Shown here: piece after piece, positions 57,829 to 64,000 of the stretch
Position numbering within the stretch: position 1 is the stretch's first letter
Layout of the letters: the number at the start of each line of letters is the position of its first letter
Source: an uncultured virus (IMG/VR IMGVR_UViG_3300030380_002827)
Taxonomy: Duplodnaviria > Heunggongvirae > Uroviricota > Caudoviricetes
Length of the DNA stretch: 64,000 nucleotides
Virus record (IMG/VR): IMGVR_UViG_3300030380_002827
Strand: one strand, 5' to 3'
Translations under genes and position numbers: made by a program
The notes under the pieces: model-generated
What the model was told of the DNA's origin: nothing
Database searches by the model: none
Seen by the model: only the letters and a program-made list of their open reading frames with translations

Positions 57829-59312
57829 TCTAATGTATCTAAATGTGTGATATATTGACTCTGAATAACAGAGTTTGCTTGATTCTCACGCAAATCGTTA
57901 TTTACAAAATTGAGAAATCTTGGGACTACGGTTAGGTCTTTTTTCCAATACTCTTTGGAGTTAATCTTATCTGTCATTAACTGTAACAACCATACATGCC
58001 AGTTAGTGCCATCAAAGAATGATCCTACCTTTCCTGTTTGAGGAGTTCTTATATTGGGATCTTGAATATACTCCTCCATCAATTCTTGCATTGATGATTT
58101 CTTATATTTAGATCTAACATAATCCCAGAATTTACCTGTTCTACGGCAGTAAGAATAGTGCATATTGACATAATCTACTGCACTTTCATAACTACATTTC
58201 ATCTTAGAATCATAGAAAGGTGCCTCTACTTTAGAATCAAAGTATCCACCAAAAAGACTTTCTTCGAGATACTCCACACCTCTAATCATCAGTGCGAGTC
58301 CTGTACTTTCCAATGGTTCAATGAATCCAGCAGATAATCCAATAGGAATTACATTACCAACCCAAAAATTCTTGGCATATTGTGGTTTCCAATCAAGTAA
58401 TCTCATTTCATCTGGTTTGATTCTACCATCCCAATGATCAGAGAACGCTTGTCTTACTTCATCTGGATCATTGATATCTCTATTGAAACAGTATCCTGTT
58501 CCTATTCTGGATCTTGTAGGAATCTTCCAAATCCAACCATGTTCTTGTGCAGGGCAAGCAGTATATGGATGTTGTTCTTTTCTATAATCTTCATACTTTA
58601 CTCTACCAGCAAGAGCTGCATTGATATACAATCTGTCACTTAGATCGACATTATGTTGACCAATAAGAAGTTGTTTCCAACCAGTGCAATCTATGAATAT
58701 ATCTCCAGTAATTTTTGATCCATCATCTAACACCAGTTCTTTTATATTTGACCTTGTTATATCATCAGCATTGCCATCTCTGTAGATATCTACCACATCA
58801 GATTGGATATATTTGCAATAAGGTGTAGTATGTCTCATTAAAAATTGTACTAACTTTCCACAGTCAATTTGAAAGGCATAGGAATCATGTACATAATTGG
58901 TCTCAATCTTATTCTTCAAAGAAGAATTATACATTGGTGAGATATCTTTCAGATCATATTTTTCTTGAAATGACTGCCATATATCATACAAAGGTGTTTT
59001 TGATTCACCTACGCTTGTGAACGAAAATGGATGCCAAATTTCTGCATCTTCATGTCCCCAGCCAGGAAATAGAATACCAGACTTAAATGTTGCATCTACT
59101 TCTTTCAACCAATCTGTAGGTTTGTATCCCATCATCTTCATGACATTTGGGAAACTAAGAAGAGTTGCTTCCCCCACACCAATTCTTTCTGGTTCGGACT
59201 TATCAATAATTACAACCTCAAAATGATTTGCCCATCTACGAGCAAACCAAGATGCAGTAATCCATCCAGCAGTTCCGCCGCCAACAATAACTAATCTTTT
59301 AATTCTTTTCAT
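57825..59312 (-). CDS. Flavin-dependent halogenase (tryptophan halogenase family)
   Basis: GGGTAG, IGVGEAT, ATFK (PrnA K79 equivalent), WIWKIP, FIEPLESTG. Confidence 0.92.
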   Translation of the reverse strand: MKRIKRLVIVGGGTAGWITASWFARRWANHFEVVIIDKSEPERIGVGEATLLSFPNVMKMMGYKPTDWLKEVDATFKSGILFPGWGHEDAEIWHPFSFTSVGESKTPLYDIWQSFQEKYDLKDISPMYNSSLKNKIETNYVHDSYAFQIDCGKLVQFLMRHTTPYCKYIQSDVVDIYRDGNADDITRSNIKELVLDDGSKITGDIFIDCTGWKQLLIGQHNVDLSDRLYINAALAGRVKYEDYRKEQHPYTACPAQEHGWIWKIPTRSRIGTGYCFNRDINDPDEVRQAFSDHWDGRIKPDEMRLLDWKPQYAKNFWVGNVIPIGLSAGFIEPLESTGLALMIRGVEYLEESLFGGYFDSKVEAPFYDSKMKCSYESAVDYVNMHYSYCRRTGKFWDYVRSKYKKSSMQELMEEYIQDPNIRTPQTGKVGSFFDGTNWHVWLLQLMTDKINSKEYWKKDLTVVPRFLNFVNNDLRENQANSVIQSQYITHLDTLE

Positions 59313-59776
59313 ATTAAGTTACCTGATAATACGCATCTACCATTATGATTACTAGGAGGGACGCAATGTGGGAGATCGTTATCCCATATCATACAAATAC
59401 CTTGGTTAGGATACATTGTAGTCTGTTTACCTTTCATTGGATCTTCAGCAAAAATTATTGATGAACTATTTTCTGGCACCTGTATGTAATAAACAAATGA
59501 GTATCTAAAATCTCCCCCATGTGAGTGCCATTTTATACCACCACCATCATAATACCAAACTCCCCATATGTCTTCTAATATAGTATCTGTTGTCTCTTCT
59601 ATCCACTTTATAAATCTTTGAACTGCTAGTGAACTTTCGATTCCTTTTACTATGTGACAATTCTCAGATCTTTCTGCATAACTCTCTGCTACAGGAGAAG
59701 TAACATTAAGAATCGCCCCCATTAATTCAGTGTTATCTTCTTGATATGGGTATGCGTATTCTTTTATTTCCCTCAT
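59309..59776 (-). CDS. Putative 2OG-Fe(II) oxygenase
   Basis: WGVWY...WHSH...SFVYYI...LPHCVP...RCVLSGN. Confidence 0.72.
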   Translation of the reverse strand: MREIKEYAYPYQEDNTELMGAILNVTSPVAESYAERSENCHIVKGIESSLAVQRFIKWIEETTDTILEDIWGVWYYDGGGIKWHSHGGDFRYSFVYYIQVPENSSSIIFAEDPMKGKQTTMYPNQGICMIWDNDLPHCVPPSNHNGRCVLSGNLI

Positions 59777-61578
59777 CAGTTCTTTACTTCGATCATGAGA
59801 CCATATTCAGGCAGATAGAGGTATTCTATCAAACTGTTTGCAAGAGTCCTTAGAGCGTCGTCTAGGGTCTCCACAAGAGGTTCTCCGCCTAGGTTGAACG
59901 ATGTGTTGAAGATAATAGGGCATCCTGTCTTCTCGTAGAAGGTATTGATTACATTATAGTAATTTGGATTTACTTCTTTGGTAACAGTCTGTATTCTACA
60001 TGTATCATCAACATGAATAATTGCTGGAATCTTTTCTTTGATTCCGTCCTGACATTTAACTGCATACATCATGAATGGAGTTTCATCCATACCACGAAGA
60101 TCGAACCATTCATGAACATGTTCTTTGAGAATAGAACCAGCAAAAGGTCTGAAGTATTCACGACGTTTGATAGTATTGACATGATCTTTACCATCTGGAT
60201 CTCTAGGATCATACATGATTGATCTATTACCCAATGCACGAGGACCTGCTTCTGACTTACCTTGGAACATTGCAACAATATTTTTCTTCATAATCAAATC
60301 AACTACGTCTTCATCCGTTGCCTCAAAGATTCTAGTTGCATCATAATAGTTAGCAAGATCTGTAATATATTCTGTATCGTATTCATACTTAGGTCCATAA
60401 TATAGATCGGTAATGATGGGTTTTACCTCCTTATCTTGTGTCACTTTATGATAGTGCCAGTATGCAGCACCGATTGCAGTTCCAGCATCATTACTTACTG
60501 GTTCCACAAATAGATTAATACCTTCACCTTTTAATTGTTCAAGATACCAATAGTTTGCAACACAGTTCAATCCATATCCACCAGAGAGAACAACATTCTT
60601 TTCACCACTCATCTTAACTGCCTTACGAATCAAATCCAGAACCATCTGTTCTGATTCTACTTGAATCGCATAAGCCATATCTCTACGATTATCTAACTTC
60701 GTAATATCTTTTACTGTGCTTGGATCTTGAGGTTCTCTCAATTCTGTAAATCTACCTTTGTTTACTATTGCTCCATTAGGATAGGTGGGTACAATAAGAT
60801 CTCTATTGGTAGTAGTCCAATCACTCATACCATCGTAGTCGGTGTAGATATCTGGTATCTTTAAATTCTGTTGACCATATGGGAATAGTCCCATAGTTTT
60901 TCCAGCTTCAATCGGAGCCCATCCACAGTATTGTGTTACTGCTTCGTATGCCTTAACAATTCCAGCAGAGTCATCTATAATTAATTCATGAGTGCCTTCT
61001 TCATCTTCTCTTTCAGATGGGAAATTAGGTATTTTTGCAGCACCCCAAGGACCTCTACCTCCCTGATGTTTGTATAGAGTTTTGAATTTATCGGGATAGG
61101 CACAATTAATAATAGTTTCCAACTCCCATGTCATTTCCTGTTCACCATCAATCTGCATAGGAATGAATGTCCCTGCACCGTCTACTATAACGGATACTGC
61201 ACTCTTAAATCCAGATCTATAGAAAGCACAAGAAGCGTGAAGTTTGTGGTGAATATGACTGTAATCTACAACTTGAGGATGTTTGTAAACATCTGCATTA
61301 CGATCAATGAGACCTAGTTTTCTTGCAAGAGCAACGTAGACAGGTTCTCCTGTAAAGTCATTTCTCCCAGCTTCATCTAAAGGTTGCGTGTGTGCAACTA
61401 CAAGATAATCAAGTGTATCGGTATAATCCAATATCTTAATCATGGAGGCAAAAGGACCTCCATCATATTTCTTTCTTGATAATCTCTCTTCTTCAATAGA
61501 GAAAACTAATTGTCCATCTTTCAGTAGGCATACACCAGAGTTGTGACCTCTAGCGATTGCAGCAATCCATTGTGTCAT
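59776..61578 (-). CDS. Carbamoyltransferase (NodU/CmcH/TobZ family), second copy
   Basis: EEERLSR, HHKLHA, VDGAG, GKTMGL.PYG, EAGPRALGNRSI, RPFAG, FNTSFN. Confidence 0.93.
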   Translation of the reverse strand: MTQWIAAIARGHNSGVCLLKDGQLVFSIEEERLSRKKYDGGPFASMIKILDYTDTLDYLVVAHTQPLDEAGRNDFTGEPVYVALARKLGLIDRNADVYKHPQVVDYSHIHHKLHASCAFYRSGFKSAVSVIVDGAGTFIPMQIDGEQEMTWELETIINCAYPDKFKTLYKHQGGRGPWGAAKIPNFPSEREDEEGTHELIIDDSAGIVKAYEAVTQYCGWAPIEAGKTMGLFPYGQQNLKIPDIYTDYDGMSDWTTTNRDLIVPTYPNGAIVNKGRFTELREPQDPSTVKDITKLDNRRDMAYAIQVESEQMVLDLIRKAVKMSGEKNVVLSGGYGLNCVANYWYLEQLKGEGINLFVEPVSNDAGTAIGAAYWHYHKVTQDKEVKPIITDLYYGPKYEYDTEYITDLANYYDATRIFEATDEDVVDLIMKKNIVAMFQGKSEAGPRALGNRSIMYDPRDPDGKDHVNTIKRREYFRPFAGSILKEHVHEWFDLRGMDETPFMMYAVKCQDGIKEKIPAIIHVDDTCRIQTVTKEVNPNYYNVINTFYEKTGCPIIFNTSFNLGGEPLVETLDDALRTLANSLIEYLYLPEYGLMIEVKN

Positions 61579-61582
61579 AATC

Positions 61583-62869
61583 TCAATCTTTCTTTTCTAT
61601 AGTAATTGCGTTATCTTTATCGGATTTTAACAGATTTTTAATTTCAGATTGGAAACCTTTCTTATTCTTTGGTTTTTTTGGTTTTTGTGGTTCCATAGTA
61701 AAGGTAGGTTTAGGAGCACCACTCATCAAAGGATTAGTTGTTTGTGTTGCAGAAGGATTCCAATTTGGAGGTGAACAAGATTGTCCCTGATTTGGAATTA
61801 AGTTATTTAAACCTGATTGCATTGGTGATGCAATTCCTTGTCCCATCTGTGGTTGCGTTGGTGCTTGTTGTTGAGGTGAACAAGATTGTCCCTGCTGTTG
61901 TGGGGGAACGTAAGTACCAGTATATGATTTTGGTTTACCTAATCTCTTCTTACAAGATGCAATGATTTCATCAATCTGTTTCTTACTTAGTTCCATCGCT
62001 TCATCATTGAAACGATCTACTCTCTCATCCATTGCAATTCTGATAGGAGCATACTCTCTACGACCATCTCCCACATCAATAATATCAAAGTCCTTGTGGC
62101 CTGGATAACTAATGTTCTCTGGGTATGTTGAACCAATCACAACAGTTGCAGTCTTATCAAATGCTCTTGCAATGTGTTGACCCATACTGTCACATCCTAA
62201 GAAGTGATCAGCAATCTCAATCACACCAGCCCAAACTCTCATATCTGAAATTTGAGGTCTAGCAATAGGATATTTGTCTTCATTTTCCTCGGTTGGGAAA
62301 TGAATCTCACTCATCACAATCACTCCATAGTCTTTCTTAAGAGCGTTGATGATATCTACAACTCCTGTAAGAGCCATACTTCTGGAAGTTGGATCTGCAA
62401 TAAACTCTCCCATCTGTTCAACAGATCTACCAAAAGGTTGAACAACAATTACTTTGTCTTTTTTAGTAACAGATTTGATTTCTTCAACGATATTATAGGC
62501 AGCAATACTCTCTGTTTTATTGAGATGAATTGTAGGTTTAGGAAGTTCTCTGGGTTCTTCTAACCCATTGATTTCCATATCATATGCTTGTGCTAGATTG
62601 CACTTCTGATTGTAATAGTGCCATACTCTGTATGGTTCTGGACTCTCGCAATCCCTTTGTTTAACGTGTTCTTGGAATACTCCTTTATGCCAGTGGTCGT
62701 AAACCCTACTATCTAATGTAGGATGCCCTTTGAAGAAATCAGTACCACCTTCACAAATGATGACAAAATCATCATGAGTTTCTGCATATTTTTCAAATGC
62801 TGGTATTGAACTTATTACTCTCCCTGCCCCACCATTGACGAAGAATGCTTTTGATCTCATAGTTCTCAT
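61583..62869 (-). CDS. GT9-like (heptosyltransferase-like) glycosyltransferase with Q/P-rich tail
   Basis: GGAGRVISSIP at the N-terminus; ADHFLGCDSMGQHIARAF...VVIGST resembles the GT9 DS..H.A motif. Confidence 0.68.
   Translation of the reverse strand: MRTMRSKAFFVNGGAGRVISSIPAFEKYAETHDDFVIICEGGTDFFKGHPTLDSRVYDHWHKGVFQEHVKQRDCESPEPYRVWHYYNQKCNLAQAYDMEINGLEEPRELPKPTIHLNKTESIAAYNIVEEIKSVTKKDKVIVVQPFGRSVEQMGEFIADPTSRSMALTGVVDIINALKKDYGVIVMSEIHFPTEENEDKYPIARPQISDMRVWAGVIEIADHFLGCDSMGQHIARAFDKTATVVIGSTYPENISYPGHKDFDIIDVGDGRREYAPIRIAMDERVDRFNDEAMELSKKQIDEIIASCKKRLGKPKSYTGTYVPPQQQGQSCSPQQQAPTQPQMGQGIASPMQSGLNNLIPNQGQSCSPPNWNPSATQTTNPLMSGAPKPTFTMEPQKPKKPKNKKGFQSEIKNLLKSDKDNAITIEKKD
61768..61894 (+). 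repeat. 22-bp direct repeat (two copies) encoding QGQSCSP
   Basis: GAGGTGAACAAGATTGTCCCTG at 61768-61789 and 61873-61894. Confidence 0.85.
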
Positions 62870-62887
62870 AATTCCTATAGTATATAG

Positions 62888-63547
62888 TCACATAAAAAAT
62901 ACCTGTGCCAGACGAGGATATTCCTTGAACATCTTTCGATTTATGTCTGCTCCGTGGGTACATTCAGCTTCATACATTACCATTCTATTATATTTCATTG
63001 GACATGTAAATGTTATATCATTTCTTATGTTGTAATCCCCATAAGCATGATCTTCCATATATTTGTAAAAATCTGTTCCTCCCTCAGATTCCTCATCCTT
63101 GTTCAGATAAACTAGAGCAGCCCAACTGGAATCTGCATCTTTATGGTGAGTAAAACAATAAACTGTTTTATTGAATCTTTCGTTTATATCTTCATTAGTT
63201 GTATGATTGACCCAGAACTTTTGACTGTCCCATCTATAATCAAACATTCCCTCACTAAATTGCAGATTTGTCCACTCTGGATGTTGGCAGAGTTCTTTGA
63301 AAACTGGTTTCAGATTCTCAACCATGTCTGGCCTATCTTCAACAACTCTCGTTCCTATAAGACCGCCACAATGTTCTTTGTCACTTTTTCTATCACACGA
63401 TAACGCATAATCCCTGACTTCATCAGGATTTTTGTAGAAATCATCTACTACAAATACCTTTCTCCACTTGTAACCAGAGTCATTATATCTGTCGTAGTCG
63501 TAGCATCTTTTTATTTCAGTAATTGTGACTGGATTTACTTCAAACAT
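62888..63547 (-). CDS. DUF6445-like / 2OG-Fe(II) oxygenase-fold protein
   Basis: VDDFYKNPDEVR, HHKD, WAALVYLN, GGTDFY, KYNRMVMY, RLAQVFF; paralog of 52532..53218. Confidence 0.75.
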   Translation of the reverse strand: MFEVNPVTITEIKRCYDYDRYNDSGYKWRKVFVVDDFYKNPDEVRDYALSCDRKSDKEHCGGLIGTRVVEDRPDMVENLKPVFKELCQHPEWTNLQFSEGMFDYRWDSQKFWVNHTTNEDINERFNKTVYCFTHHKDADSSWAALVYLNKDEESEGGTDFYKYMEDHAYGDYNIRNDITFTCPMKYNRMVMYEAECTHGADINRKMFKEYPRLAQVFFM

Positions 63548-63552
63548 GTAAT

Positions 63553-63581
63553 AAAAAAGATCCCCTTATTAGGAGGATCTT
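63553..63581 (-). terminator. Terminator-like hairpin
   Basis: AGATCCTCCT-AATA-AGGGGATCT followed by a T run. Confidence 0.65.
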
Positions 63582-63609
63582 AGTGATGTAATTTATATAT
63601 AAAACTAAT

Positions 63610-64000
63610 TTAGATAGAATTAGGTGGTTCCCATGCTTGTCCAGTTTCTGAATCAGGGTCTCCTTGGTGAGGAGGATTTTGGAATCCAGGCTCAATGGGG
63701 AACATCAAGTCAGCGAAGTTAGGATGAACGCCAGCAGCAATCATTTTGTTAGGAAGATCTCTCAATGACTGACGGTATGCTTTCCACTGATCTTTAAGTG
63801 CATCGGGCATATCTTCTGCAATCTGGCCGTCACTATTAGAAAGAACACTGTCTCTATGCTTTCTGACATGTTCCCATGTCTTGTCCTCATCAGTACCGTT
63901 TAACTTCTCTCTAGGAGTGAATTGACCGATAGTAATGTCATCAGGTCCAGCACTGCCAGGATTTGCAACTCTGATAGTATCCCAGTTGTAGATGTCATCA
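63610..64000 (-). CDS. Tail fibre assembly chaperone-like protein, 5' end outside window
   Basis: Open to the window edge: ...WEHVRKHRDSVLSNSDGQIAEDMPDALKDQWKAYRQSLRDLP. Confidence 0.75.
   Translation of the reverse strand, partial: DDIYNWDTIRVANPGSAGPDDITIGQFTPREKLNGTDEDKTWEHVRKHRDSVLSNSDGQIAEDMPDALKDQWKAYRQSLRDLPNKMIAAGVHPNFADLMFPIEPGFQNPPHQGDPDSETGQAWEPPNSI

Overview
This is a 64 kb AT-rich segment of a T4-like marine cyanomyovirus (Kyanoviridae-type); PebS plus PTOX suggest a Prochlorococcus-like host. Almost all genes are on the minus strand. In window order: an SNase-like nuclease and PTOX; a late-promoter block of probable virion-internal proteins, including a nucleotidyltransferase and a PD-(D/E)xK protein; mazG; the replication/recombination core (gp41, uvsX, gp43, regA, gp62, gp44, gp45, gp46, gp47, gp55, uvsW, uvsY) interleaved with accessory genes (2OG-Fe(II) oxygenases, hsp20, DruA/DUF4338-like, denV-like, pebS, cobS plus VWA partner, carbamoyltransferase); the head-tail module (gp3, gp23, gp22, gp21, gp20, gp19, gp18, gp17, gp16, gp15, gp14, gp13); and an ~11 kb tailoring cluster (NDP-heptose enzymes, GT9-like transferase, flavin halogenase, carbamoyltransferase, methyltransferase, five oxygenase-like genes) next to a tail-fibre chaperone. 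Non-coding highlights: a manA-type RNA followed by an atypical tRNA-Gly and two Sm-like ORFs, a ROSE-like leader on hsp20, a duplicated promoter/operator, and overlapping divergent promoters at gp55. All family calls come from motifs recognised by eye; no searches were run.
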